Below are positions 25,318 through 38,644 of a stretch of DNA of 64,000 nucleotides, piece after piece (the stretch's first letter is position 1; each line of letters opens with the position of its first letter). The stretch is from Spironucleus salmonicida (lineage: Eukaryota). The notes beneath the pieces are model-generated. The model did not search any database, was not told where the DNA came from, and saw only the letters and a list, made by a program, of their open reading frames with translations. The stretch lies in assembly GCF_000497125.1 (NCBI RefSeq), contig NC_090598.1, forward strand, positions 744,001 through 808,000, written 5' to 3'. A program made the translations under genes and the position numbers.

Positions 25318-27807
25318 TTTTATAAAGATTTATTTTTTAATGTGTATATCATCTTGATAATTGAAATATTATGAATTTTTAATGGTAGATTGTTGAAACA
25401 GTAAAAAATAAGAGTCTGTAAATTATCTTATATAATGAATAATATTATGTAAATAGTTTTGTTTCCGAATCAGAAATCTACACATTATCTCAATATATAA
25501 AATACTAATGTTTCAATAGTTATTTTTCAAAATTGTTATGAATACTCAATATTATAAAACTCATCTAATAACTTATTAAAACATAAATTTTAATATAAAT
25601 TTTAAAAATTACATTTCTTTAATTCTAAAAAAAATACAATGAATGATAGTTAAAGAATGTAGTAAATTGCCATATTAATTTTGATTGTATATTTATTATT
25701 AAGATAAAAATGAAGTTAAATGTATGTAATATTTGTTATATAATTCGTTGAGAAACCATTAAACTTACTTAAAGTATATACTAAACTAGAAGTTTATTTA
25801 TTTTTTACATGATTACATTATAAAAGTAGAATATGATACTTGATGATGAAAATTATTATTTTACTCTAATTGACTTTACCTGTATTTTTCGATTCAGACA
25901 AGGCTTAAACAAAATTGGAGAAAATCGATAGTAATAATATAATATACTCTGAATATTATGTAACCTTATATTAAACGATACAAAGCTAAAAACTAACCTA
26001 TAACTGTTAATTTTTAGCCTACTAGATGCCTCAACTCAGTCTGATCGTCTACATCTTCCCGCGCAAGAAACGCATGCAGCCTTTCCGCACCGTCTCCAAC
26101 CAGGCGTATCACGTATCTCAGAATGCTAGCTTGCCATAGTTATTGAACAACCCAGTGAAACTTCCACGCGGTTCACGCCCACCGCCATGAGCATGCCCAC
26201 CGTCACCGTGGAATCCGTGCAAGCCAAGTTCCCAGAGGAGCATCTGTGTGAGCGGTTTAGCTCTATCCATCCTCCTCAGAGAAGACTACCTCTGATCCAT
26301 AGATTCTATTGTATCCAGATGCAACCGCAACCAGGTTTTTGGGCCCAGTTCCCAAGGCTACCAAGTGGCCTAGAGCCGCCAGTGAAGCATCCTGGATTGA
26401 CCGCTAAAACGGCGATCTGTGGGCGTGGTTCATGGCTGGTGCCTTTACCAGCCCTTTCTGTGAATATAAAGTATGCACTGTATCACGCCCCTTCTGATCA
26501 CTCTAAGGGGTGGGCTGCACGCCCCTACGAGCGAGTCTCTTTACTTCCACGTTGGAACTTCTGTTAGATGGATACTAAACTGCTAGAAGTTGGCCTAGCC
26601 GCGTGCTTGCGCTGAGGAGCCCCAGGTTATGTCTTCGAGGAGCAAGCAGCTTATGCTCCGCCGTGCCCACGAGAATTCGCTATGCCCGCAAGCAAAGAAA
26701 CGACGATCTGTGATTTTCTCCTAGACCCAGCAGCCAGTTCGGATATGCCCGGACCACTTGCTCAATGTATTTCTGCAGTGGGAAGGGGTCGTCATATGAT
26801 AGCAGGCATGCGCACCCGCCGACTGCAGGTCCGCAAGCCCTTGCTAGGTAAAGCAGCGTAGTCGCTACGATAGGTGCCGGCTATGGTTCGTACTGCAAGG
26901 AGCTGATCCCCAGCAACTACTTATACCCAGGCAGCATGGTCCGGGCAGACTCTATCACCCCAGGATGGGCGGGAAAATGGCACCTGAGAGCCTAAATATG
27001 CCTTGGCCTTGCATCAGCACCGGACCTGCCAGTGTGGTTCCGGTCTGGCTGGTTGCTAGAGCCTAAAGTTAAGCCTCGGCTGCGCACGAGTGCTTCGGGC
27101 CAGGACGCAATTCGGACTCGGGTGGCATGGAGATGCCATAGATAGATTGCTAGAAGCACGCCGGACCGGAAAGCATGAATAGCTGACGACGTTCTACTAT
27201 CAATCCAGCAAGGCTCCAGCGTCCACAGTTCCATACCCCTGGTCGAAAGACGTGCTGTCGGCAAATTAGCACAGACCATGCAGGTTGCACCGCTGGTTCT
27301 GGCGAGTGGAAATACGCTCCTGGGTGCGACGATACTCAAAAACTACACGCGAGCTCGCTAGACTAACTTCCAGCGGAATTGGTGCCTTGTAGGACCGGTT
27401 TTGGCATTTATCGCTAGCGGGTTCGGATACAGGTGCGTATCTCTGGGTCGAAACGGGCGCATACAACGCGGAGTGTAGCCAGCAGACAAGATATTATTCC
27501 GCTCCATTTCACTTTCCCATCTATATAATAACATATATAGTGTATTGACAAGTATTCATTCCTTTCTAAATAGTGAACTGCGATATACTTGTATAAATAG
27601 ACGAAAGGCCATACCCAGCTAAAGTATTCTACTTGGCGTAGGGTAGAAAGAATCTATCTCCACTTGTTTATTTGGAATTCTAGCGAGAAGTAGACCTCAA
27701 ACGAAAGATCACGACACTTCCGCCGATTTTTAAATAAAATTCCCAGGCGCAGTATCGGTTAATATCTAGCCGAGTATTGCCCAACTTTGTAAACCTCAAA
27801 ATCAGAA

Positions 27808-29727
27808 ATGACATGCTCTGCCGACACCGACTGCGGGAAAGGGGAGTGCATAGATACCGTGTGTGCCTGCTTCCAAGGGTACAGCGGGGACTAGTGCGCG
27901 AGCTGCGCTAGCGGGTTCTCCCAGACGGCCCAGGGATGCCTGAAGAACTGCACCTAACTGGATTGCGGGAGAGGTTTTGCCTGCACCGGGGGGCTGCTGC
28001 CGGCCCAGGCGGTCTGCACGTGCGAAAACGCAAACTTTGATCCGGCCCAGAGGTGCATGCACTGTCTGGAGGGGTTTTAACCCGACAACGGAATGTGCGT
28101 ATCGGACCAGTGCTTCAACGCTGGAAGGCTGTGCAGCGGGCACGGGATATGTGACTCTGGCTGCGAATGCTTCAGTTTTTACACCGGGGAGACCTGCAAC
28201 GCCTGCACCGAAGACTCTGTTAGAACAGCAGACGGCTTCTGTCTTCGCGCGTGCAGAGAGATGAACGGCAAGCTCCAGTGTCCGCTTTTCGGCTCCAAGT
28301 GCAGCTAAACCGTAGTCCCAGGCAGAAACGTATGTGTCTGTGAGGACAAAAAATCGGACCTAGATCACAACTGCCTCACCTGCTAGGAGGGGTACTCAAA
28401 GACTGGGGAGGGGTGCGTGGTGAGCACCTGCGTTCACAACCACACGGTTTGCTCGGGCAAGGGGACATGCCAGAATGGGAGCTGCGCATGCAACGCAGAT
28501 TCGGGCGGCCTATGGTGCGAGCGGTGCCAGGGTGCCGCAGACATCATGACAAACGACGGCAGATGCCTCCCCGCTGGGTGCGTGGACTTAAACTCTGGCA
28601 TCGAGTGCTTTGGCAACGGGAGCTGCGCCGGGGGCCATGGGGTATGCGCTTGCAACACAGGCTACAGTGGGAAACAGTGCGGAGATTGCGGCCCAGGGTT
28701 TAAACATTACAACGGAGGCTGCGCGGCGGAAGCGTGCTTCTAAAACCGCACGGACTAGGAGCCCTGTTCCAGCAACGGCACCTGTAGCCAATTTGGCGAG
28801 TGCGAGTGCAGTGGGATATCTGGCGGAAGCTTCTGTGACGAGTGCGTCTCGGGATTCTAAAAGGTATCCAACGGTGGCTGCATTTCTGTGGACTGCATCG
28901 TTAGCGCCGCATAGTGCAACGATAAAGGGTTCTGCATTCACATTAATGAAGATTTTAGATGCCTCTGCCAGAATGGTTACAGCGGGAATACTAACTGCGT
29001 CGACTGCGAAGAAGGCTATCAGCTCATTACCGGTGAATGTATCTCCATCAGCTGCATCGGAAGGGCCTCGCCGCTCCCGTGCTCTGGGAATGGAACCTGC
29101 TAGGTGTTAGACTTTGTCAACGACATTGAAGGATGCGCCTGCTAGCCTGGATTCATTGGCAGATTTTGTGACGACTGCGACACCGAGAAAGGATTCTCCT
29201 GGACCAACAATCACACCTGCGCTAATAAGGCGTGCATTGGCCGAGATGGCTACGAATGTGCTGGTAATGGCGAGTGTGTCCACCTCTACGAGTAAGTATT
29301 TGAATGCCGCTGCTAGGCTGGGGCGAACGGGAAGTTTTGCCATGACTGCAACGAGGGATTCTTCAAGCTGAGAGAGGGGAAATGCGTCTTCGAGTCCTGC
29401 ATTAGCGAGGCCTAGGAGTGTGCCGGAAACGGGCACTGCAGACAGCTGGGGCTCAGCCACAGGTGCATTTGCGAGGGCTAGTTTGATAGCGAGACTAATT
29501 GCAAGAGCTGCCTGAGTGGATATTCTCTGGTGGGCGGGCGCTGCTAAGAGGGGAACGGTAACAAGCTGAGTGGTGGTGCGATTGCCGGAATTGTCATAGG
29601 TGTGCTGGCTCTGCTGGCATTGATCTTCCTGATCGTATTCGTTGCTATGAGGAGGAAGCCTACTGGACCTTCTAAGGCCAAGAGCAGTGTTACCAAGGAC
29701 ACCGTCGGTGGCCAGCGATTCATCTGA
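27808..29727 (+). CDS. Cysteine-rich EGF-like membrane protein (CRMP/VSP-like), 639 aa
   Basis: MTCSADTDCGKGECIDTVCACFQGYSGDQC...; EGF-like repeats; TM KLSGGAIAGIVIGVLALLALIFLIVFVAMRRK; stop ATC TGA. Confidence 0.93.
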
Positions 29728-30311
29728 AGTGACGCTTTATATTATATAGCATAGATTATTAATATGAGGATAGCAGGAGCTTCCTTGCACCTGTTGCCGG
29801 CTGTGGACAGGGCCCTTCATTGGCAGCCCCAGCACAAGAAACTCATGACGCCTTTTGTGTCATCCCTGCCGGAGTGGCCCAGAATACGCTCAGGTGGTTC
29901 CCTAACCGGTGTCTAGCCCCAGCTTGGACCTACGGCATCTATTCCTGCATCAAGGGTCCCCTCGCAGTGGCAAGAATGGGCCCTACAGAGCCCTCGGTTT
30001 CAGTTTCCATGTAGCCCTGGGAGCGCCCACAATGCGACGGCGTTGGCTAGATTTAGTTTCGAAGCATCTAGACAGATGCGCTCGTCATCCCATTTGTTTA
30101 CCCTACGAAGTTAGGGTTGCTGCGCGTTAGCGGCAAGGGATCCAGATGGGAATGTTGGGCAGGCACAACGGCGGCGGGCAGGAGCTATGGTCTGATTAGG
30201 ACTGAACTGTTTATTATTGAAGGCGCCACAGAGGGCTACCCGCACATTTATGCGCTCAGCTGGCGCCTGCTCTCATTCGAGCCTGGAAAACCATATACAA
30301 TAGTGCAAAGA

Positions 30312-30434
30312 TCACTTGCCAATGGCCTTCAAGAACTCCTTGGTGAATTCAACCGCCTTCTTCTGCGCGTCCTCGCAGCTCACCTTGCTGGTCGCCTCGA
30401 CGTAGTACTTCACCTTCGGCTCAGTGCCAGAGGG
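30312..30434 (-). pseudogene. 3'-terminal fragment of phosphohexomutase carried by left arm
   Basis: Reverse complement of 32427-32549 (PSGTEPKVKYY...AIGK*). Confidence 0.9.
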
Positions 30435-30770
30435 TATAAATATATCATTATTCCAATATAAATATATAATTGTTTACTGTGAAAGATAATAATAATAATA
30501 ATATTGTAATGAAAAATTCATATAATTACTTGCGATTATATATTTTATTTATTTACAAATAATATTAATGATGTTATCATAATGTTATAAATGCAAAAAT
30601 ATATAAATTATTTTATAATATTTATTGTATATCTTCATTTTTAAAATTTGATTAAAATTAACTACAATTGTAAAAATAATCTGAAATTCATAACTAATTC
30701 TAATAAATAAACTTTCAATATATAATAATAATGTGTTGATAACTATTGCTTAGTACCACTCCATAAATCA

Positions 30771-32549
30771 ATGGATCCTAAAACCTAAACTTTAATAGAT
30801 AATTGGTTTGCAATAGATCGCGATGAAAAGTCTCGTAAAATGCTTGAAAAAATGATATAGGAGAAGAACTTCGAAAAGATCGAGAGAATTCTTTCTCCCT
30901 CCAATCGCTTAGAGTTTGGCACTGCTGGTCTTCGCGGAGAAGTTGCCCCTGGCTATTGCTGTATGAACACCGTAGTAATTATGCAAACAGCATAAGGTAT
31001 ACTTAAATACGTTTAAGAGAATTTTAAAAATGATCTTAACAGAGGTATTTGTATTTGCTATGATGCAAGACACTATTCAGATGTTTTTGGCGAGATTACA
31101 GCTGGTGTTTTTATAGCTGCAGGAGTTCCCGTACATTTTTTCAAGCAGCTTTCTCCTACACCTTATGCTGCATATTTCAGTGAAATCTTAAACTGCGTCG
31201 CTGGAGTTATGGTTACAGCTTCTCATAATCCATCTAATGATAATGGATATAAGGTTTATGGTATGAATAGAGGTGTATAGATAGTACCTCCTCACGATTC
31301 AGGTATTCAGTCTGCTATATTAGCTTCTACTGACATTAAGGAATCAACCTATAATTATAAATAATATTTAACTGCTGAATTTGCAGAGAAGAAACTTTAT
31401 AATGAACTTACTGAAAAATCAGCATTAACATAAAAATATTATGATGCTATAAAGAATCTTTGTTTCCATGCGGATTCTAATAAGACTCTTGCAGTCTAGC
31501 TTTAATATTCCGCTATGTATGGTGTAGGATATGTACCATTTTTACGTGCTCTTGAATCTTTTAATTTTGATCCTAAGGCCGTTCTTCATTTCTCTGATTC
31601 TGCCTTCCCTGACCCTGATTTTGGTGGTGAAACTCGTCCTAATCCGGAAGAACGTCATAATATGCTGAACCTAGCTGCAAAAGCAGATCCTAAAACTTAA
31701 ATACTCTTAGTCAATGACCCTGATGCAGATCGTTTTGCAATGGCTGAAAAATAGGACGATGGTGAATACTATGTTTTCCACGGTAATGAAATAGGTGCAA
31801 TCTTAGCTGAATGGATGTTAGAAAATACTTCATAAATTCCCAATAGAGCTATTTGCTGTTCTACCGTCTCAAGTTAAATTCTTAAAACAATGGCTGAATA
31901 TTATAAAGTTGATTTTGAAGATACGTTAACTGGTTTCAAATGGCTCGCTACTTAGAACTTAGAATGGAAAGGACAAAATAAAAACTGCGTTTTTGCCTTT
32001 GAAGAAGCTATTGGTTATTCTTGTGGTGGGGAGCATGGTCTTTTTGTCGGTGATAAGGATGGCGTAGCTACAGCATGTGTCGCTGCTGAAATGGCAAATT
32101 GTCTTTATAAGAAAGGTCTTACTATTAAAAAATATATGCTTAATATGTACGAAAAGTACGGTTTTTATGCCTGGAACAACTCGGGACTGACGGTGGGCTC
32201 AATGGCTGAAGTAGGTGGTCTTTTCGAGGCGTTGATCAAGAACGGCGATGGTAAATTTTCTAAAAATGGCAGAGACTACATGCACCAGTTTGGTAAGTTT
32301 GAAGCCTTGAGAGTAAGAGATATGAGACAGCCCGGGTACGATAGCGAGTGCGGTGTTCCCAAATTGCCAGTAGGGGGGAGCGAAATGCTTAGTTTCTACT
32401 GCGGCGATGTCAGCTGCACCTTTAGGCCCTCTGGCACTGAGCCGAAGGTGAAGTACTACGTCGAGGCGACCAGCAAGGTGAGCTGCGAGGACGCGCAGAA
32501 GAAGGCGGTTGAATTCACCAAGGAGTTCTTGAAGGCCATTGGCAAGTGA
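30771..32549 (+). CDS. PGM2: Phosphoglucomutase/phosphomannomutase (PGM2-type), 592 aa
   Basis: FGTAGLRG, VTASHNP (catalytic Ser), DPDADR (metal loop), LTGFKW, FEEAIG, DKDG, RPSGTEPKVKYY. Confidence 0.93.
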
Positions 32550-35500
32550 TCTTTGCACTATTGTATATGGTTTTCCAGGCTCGAATGAGAGCAGGCGCCA
32601 GCTGAGCGCATAAATGTGCGGGTAGCCCTCTGTGGCGCCTTCAATAATAAACAGTTCAGTCCTAATCAGACCATAGCTCCTGCCCGCCGCCGTTGTGCCT
32701 GCCCAACATTCCCATCTGGATCCCTTGCCGCTAACGCGCAGCAACCCTAACTTCGTAGGGTAAACAAATGGGATGACGAGCGCATCTGTCTAGATGCTTC
32801 GAAACTAAATCTAGCCAACGCCGTCGCATTGTGGGCGCTCCCAGGGCTACATGGAAACTGAAACCGAGGGCTCTGTAGGGCCCATTCTTGCCACTGCGAG
32901 GGGACCCTTGATGCAGGAATAGATGCCGTAGGTCCAAGCTGGGGCTAGACACCGGTTAGGGAACCACCTGAGCGTATTCTGGGCCACTCCGGCAGGGATG
33001 ACACAAAAGGCGTCATGAGTTTCTTGTGCTGGGGCTGCCAATGAAGGGCCCTGTCCACAGCCGGCAACAGGTGCAAGGAAGCTCCTGCTATCCTCATATT
33101 AATAATCTATGCTATATAATATAAAGCGTCACTTCAGATGAATCGCTGGCCACCGACGGTGTCCTTGGTAACACTGCTCTTGGCCTTAGAAGGTCCAGTA
33201 GGCTTCCTCCTCATAGCAACGAATACGATCAGGAAGATCAATGCCAGCAGAGCCAGCACACCTATGACAATTCCGGCAATCGCACCACCACTCAGCTTGT
33301 TACCGTTCCCCTCTTAGCAGCGCCCGCCCACCAGAGAATATCCACTCAGGCAGCTCTTGCAATTAGTCTCGCTATCAAACTAGCCCTCGCAAATGCACCT
33401 GTGGCTGAGCCCCAGCTGTCTGCAGTGCCCGTTTCCGGCACACTCCTAGGCCTCGCTAATGCAGGACTCGAAGACGCATTTCCCCTCTCTCAGCTTGAAG
33501 AATCCCTCGTTGCAGTCATGGCAAAACTTCCCGTTCGCCCCAGCCTAGCAGCGGCATTCAAATACTTACTCGTAGATGTGGACACACTCGCCATTACCAG
33601 CACATTCGTAGCCATCTCGGCCAATGCACGCCTTATTAGCGCAGGTGTGATTGTTGGTCCAGGAGAATCCTTTCTCGGTGTCGCAGTCGTCACAAAATCT
33701 GCCAATGAATCCAGGCTAGCAGGCGCATCCTTCAATGTCGTTGACAAAGTCTAACACCTAGCAGGTTCCATTCCCAGAGCACGGGAGCGGCGAGGCCCTT
33801 CCGATGCAGCTGATGGAGATACATTCACCGGTAATGAGCTGATAGCCTTCTTCGCAGTCGACGCAGTTAGTATTCCCGCTGTAACCATTCTGGCAGAGGC
33901 ATCTAAAATCTTCATTAATGTGAATGCAGAACCCTTTATCGTTGCACTATGCGGCGCTAACGATGCAGTCCACAGAAATGCAGCCACCGTTGGATACCTT
34001 TTAGAATCCCGAGACGCACTCGTCACAGAAGCTTCCGCCAGATATCCCACTGCACTCGCACTCGCCAAATTGGCTACAGGTGCCGTTGCTGGAACAGGGC
34101 TCCTAGTCCGTGCGGTTTTAGAAGCACGCTTCCGCCGCGCAGCCTCCGTTGTAATGTTTAAACCCTGGGCCGCAATCTCCGCACTGTTTCCCACTGTAGC
34201 CTGTGTTGCAAGCGCATACCCCATGGCCCCCGGCGCAGCTCCCGTTGCCAAAGCACTCGATGCCAGAGTTTAAGTCCACGCACCCAGCGGGGAGGCATCT
34301 GCCGTCGTTTGTCATGATGTCTGCGGCACCCTGGCACCGCTCGCACCATAGGCCGCCCGAATCTGCGTTGCATGCGCAGCTCCCATTCTGGCATGTCCCC
34401 TTGCCCGAGCAAACCGTGTGGTTGTGAACGCAGGTGCTCACCACGCACCCCTCCCCAGTCTTTGAGTACCCCTCCTAGCAGGTGAGGCAGTTGTGATCTA
34501 GGTCCGATTTTTTGTCCTCACAGACACATACGTTTCTGCCTGGGACTACGGTTTAGCTGCACTTGGAGCCGAAAAGCGGACACTGGAGCTTGCCGTTCAT
34601 CTCTCTGCACGCGCGAAGACAGAAGCCGTCTGCTGTTCTAACAGAGTCTTCGGTGCAGGCGTTGCAGGTCTCCCCGGTGTAAAAACTGAAGCATTCGCAG
34701 CCAGAGTCACATATCCCGTGCCCGCTGCACAGCCTTCCAGCGTTGAAGCACTGGTCCGATACGCACATTCCGTTGTCGGGTTAAAACCCCTCCAGACAGT
34801 GCATGCACCTCTGGGCCGGATCAAAGTTTGCGTTTTCGCACGTGCAGACCGCCTGGGCCGGCAGCAGCCCCCCGGTGCAGGCAAAACCTCTCCCGCAATC
34901 CAGTTAGGTGCAGTTCTTCAGGCATCCCTGGGCCGTCTGGGAGAACCCGCTAGCGCAGCTCGCGCACTAGTCCCCGCTGTACCCTTGGAAGCAGGCACAC
35001 ACGGTATCTATGCACTCCCCTTTCCCGCAGTCGGTGTCGGCAGAGCATGTCATTTCTGATTTTGAGGTTTACAAAGTTGGGCAATACTCGGCTAGATATT
35101 AACCGATACTGCGCCTGGGAATTTTATTTAAAAATCGGCGGAAGTGTCGTGATCTTTCGTTTGAGGTCTACTTCTCGCTAGAATTCCAAATAAACAAGTG
35201 GAGATAGATTCTTTCTACCCTACGCCAAGTAGAATACTTTAGCTGGGTATGGCCTTTCGTCTATTTATACAAGTATATCGCAGTTCACTATTTAGAAAGG
35301 AATGAATACTTGTCAATACACTATATATGTTATTATATAGATGGGAAAGTGAAATGGAGCGGAATAATATCTTGTCTGCTGGCTACACTCCGCGTTGTAT
35401 GCGCCCGTTTCGACCCAGAGATACGCACCTGTATCCGAACCCGCTAGCGATAAATGCCAAAACCGGTCCTACAAGGCACCAATTCCGCTGGAAGTTAGTC

Positions 35501-36819
35501 TAGCGAGCTCGCGTGTAGTTTTTGAGTATCGTCGCACCCAGGAGCGTATTTCCACTCGCCAGAACCAGCGGTGCAACCTGCATGGTCTGTGCTAATTTGC
35601 CGACAGCACGTCTTTCGACCAGGGGTATGGAACTGTGGACGCTGGAGCCTTGCTGGATTGATAGTAGAACGTCGTCAGCTATTCATGCTTTCCGGTCCGG
35701 CGTGCTTCTAGCAATCTATCTATGGCATCTCCATGCCACCCGAGTCCGAATTGCGTCCTGGCCCGAAGCACTCGTGCGCAGCCGAGGCTTAACTTTAGGC
35801 TCTAGCAACCAGCCAGACCGGAACCACACTGGCAGGTCCGGTGCTGATGCAAGGCCAAGGCATATTTAGGCTCTCAGGTGCCATTTTCCCGCCCATCCTG
35901 GGGTGATAGAGTCTGCCCGGACCATGCTGCCTGGGTATAAGTAGTTGCTGGGGATCAGCTCCTTGCAGTACGAACCATAGCCGGCACCTATCGTAGCGAC
36001 TACGCTGCTTTACCTAGCAAGGGCTTGCGGACCTGCAGTCGGCGGGTGCGCATGCCTGCTATCATATGACGACCCCTTCCCACTGCAGAAATACATTGAG
36101 CAAGTGGTCCGGGCATATCCGAACTGGCTGCTGGGTCTAGGAGAAAATCACAGATCGTCGTTTCTTTGCTTGCGGGCATAGCGAATTCTCGTGGGCACGG
36201 CGGAGCATAAGCTGCTTGCTCCTCGAAGACATAACCTGGGGCTCCTCAGCGCAAGCACGCGGCTAGGCCAACTTCTAGCAGTTTAGTATCCATCTAACAG
36301 AAGTTCCAACGTGGAAGTAAAGAGACTCGCTCGTAGGGGCGTGCAGCCCACCCCTTAGAGTGATCAGAAGGGGCGTGATACAGTGCATACTTTATATTCA
36401 CAGAAAGGGCTGGTAAAGGCACCAGCCATGAACCACGCCCACAGATCGCCGTTTTAGCGGTCAATCCAGGATGCTTCACTGGCGGCTCTAGGCCACTTGG
36501 TAGCCTTGGGAACTGGGCCCAAAAACCTGGTTGCGGTTGCATCTGGATACAATAGAATCTATGGATCAGAGGTAGTCTTCTCTGAGGAGGATGGATAGAG
36601 CTAAACCGCTCACACAGATGCTCCTCTGGGAACTTGGCTTGCACGGATTCCACGGTGACGGTGGGCATGCTCATGGCGGTGGGCGTGAACCGCGTGGAAG
36701 TTTCACTGGGTTGTTCAATAACTATGGCAAGCTAGCATTCTGAGATACGTGATACGCCTGGTTGGAGACGGTGCGGAAAGGCTGCATGCGTTTCTTGCGC
36801 GGGAAGATGTAGACGATCA
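32427..36819 (-). repeat. Right arm (4393 bp) of large inverted repeat
   Basis: Mirror of 26042-30434; spacer 30435-32426 (1992 bp). Confidence 0.97.
33134..35053 (-). CDS. Cysteine-rich EGF-like membrane protein, inverted copy, 639 aa
   Basis: Reverse complement of 27808-29727. Confidence 0.93.
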
Positions 36820-37604
36820 AATTTAGTCTAGATTAATAAGTAAAATTGGTAGTTTGAAAGTATTAGCTTAGTTTGAGTTCATCACTTGTATAACCTAAAG
36901 CTATTTTCTAAACTAGGATGATCTTATTAAGTATAAATAAAAATCAGGAACGACGTCGGTCTTAGAAATTAGTTTATTCATTATATTGAAACAATATTGT
37001 CTCTATTTGTATAACATGTAATTGGGATATTGGTCAAATGTACAAGTAGGATTATTGATGATAAAAATGAGCATCAGTTATCAATCATTCGTATATATGA
37101 ATAGTTTCTTACATAAATAATAATTAATGTATATATTTATTTCCAATTAAAATATAACAATATTTTTGCATATAATTGATAACAATTTACTTACCAAGTA
37201 AATTGTACTAAAATACATAACAATATACAAGAATTGATAATAAGTATAATATACTATCTATATAAATAAGGCATCGTTTTCTTAAGTTTAAATGTAATGT
37301 GAAATTAATATGCAGTACTTTATTTTTATAAAAAATATACTAGCTATCCAGTATATATGGAATATTGTATATTTATAAGATTTTTCAAAATTCTATCATT
37401 AATCATAAAATCTGTATTTAATTAGAAAGTAATTGTAGATTTCTAAGCGTAGAACAAAGCACATTGTAGCTTTATTTATGTTATCTCATGAATATAAAAT
37501 CTAAATATAATCAATTTCTACAGCTAACGCAATCTAAACCTAAGTTCTTTAATTAGGATATTGAAGATAATGTCGAATTATTTAAAAATATAATTTTTAT
37601 AAAA

Positions 37605-37883
37605 ATGACACACAGATGGACATAAGATGAATGCCGACAAGTACAGGAATATGTGCAGAGACATGGTATGTAATGGGAAGATTTATAAACAACTTATTTT
37701 CCATAACTATCATAGTCTTAAGTTAAATAAAAATACTATGACCTCTCACGTAAGGCAACTGGTAAGTATGCTAGCAGTTAAGATTTAAAACGTTTCATAG
37801 TATGTGAAGATATGCCAAAAAAGCTTCATATTCGTTCAGAAAATTTAATGAGTACATTAATTCGGTTGCTAACAGTTGACTGA
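37605..37883 (+). CDS. Single-repeat Myb-like protein, 92 aa (right palindrome flank)
   Basis: MTHRWTQDECRQVQEYVQRHGMQWEDLQTTYFPQLSQSQVKQKYYDLSRKATGKY...; same length as and colinear with 25039-25317. Confidence 0.88.
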
Positions 37884-38146
37884 TTCCTTTCCTTTTCCAC
37901 TCCCCATGATGATTAGTTACAGCCGCCCCAGACTCAATACTGAGGACGCAAAGGTTTGACTGACGCTTTCAAGTATTTATATTTCTTTAGCCTGCGGGTA
38001 CTCGTTACTTATTATACGATCTCTGCCGTGCTTATCGGGCACCGTAGGCGGGCTCGCCATAGGGCTGCTGCGCTACACCAGAGCGGGCTGGCCCCTCCGC
38101 TGCTCCAGAGGGCGCGAAGGCCTGCCCACAGTGATCCACGTCATAC

Positions 38147-38341
38147 TCACTAGTCCCCAGGGTCGTCTGGTGCCAGCGAGCTCTCGCAGATACCGTCCAG
38201 CAGGCAGAACTCCTTGACCTCGTCCAGGCTGAACTCGCGCACGCACAGGTTGTCCAGGCTCATCAGCCGGCTGGCGAAGGCGCACCGGATGGGCTCCTTG
38301 GGCCGGGGCTTGAAGCTGCTCTGCCTCAGGTGCAGCGGCAT
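38147..38341 (-). CDS. Small Cys-containing protein family 'MPLHLR', 64 aa
   Basis: MPLHLRQSSFKPRPKEPIRCAFASRLMSLDNLCVREF...; ends TAG TGA; diverged paralogue at 61205 supports coding. Confidence 0.75.
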
Positions 38342-38644
38342 TTTCCTTGGCGATGTGCTGGCGAAGGGGTATCAATATAAGGCGAGCCGCTCAAGAATGG
38401 AAAGGGCATTTGCGCGAGTGCAGATGAGTTAGCAAGGAAACCAGTTTCTCCGTTTTCCATACCTCATATTAGGCCATTGTGACGCCAGTTCCCAAACAAA
38501 GCGGAAAGTACAAAGTATACAGTGCGTATTCCCGCGTAATACGGCCATCTAGAAAGGGGCTGGGCAATGCTGCGCAGGGTCCGCCCTCTGCCGCTGGCCG
38601 TCGGTCCTGCTGCCTCCGGCCCGCTGAGCCACCCTGCCGCGGAG

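Larger units (their letters stand above)
26042..30434 (+). repeat. Left arm (4393 bp) of large inverted repeat
   Basis: Position x pairs with 62861-x; reverse complement of 32427-36819; only one mismatch noticed (29284/33577). Confidence 0.97.

Noticed and set aside
26042-36819. Composite transposon or Polinton-like element with long TIRs
   Set aside because: No transposase, integrase or polymerase; no target-site duplication at 26041/36820; arms contain host genes and part of PGM.
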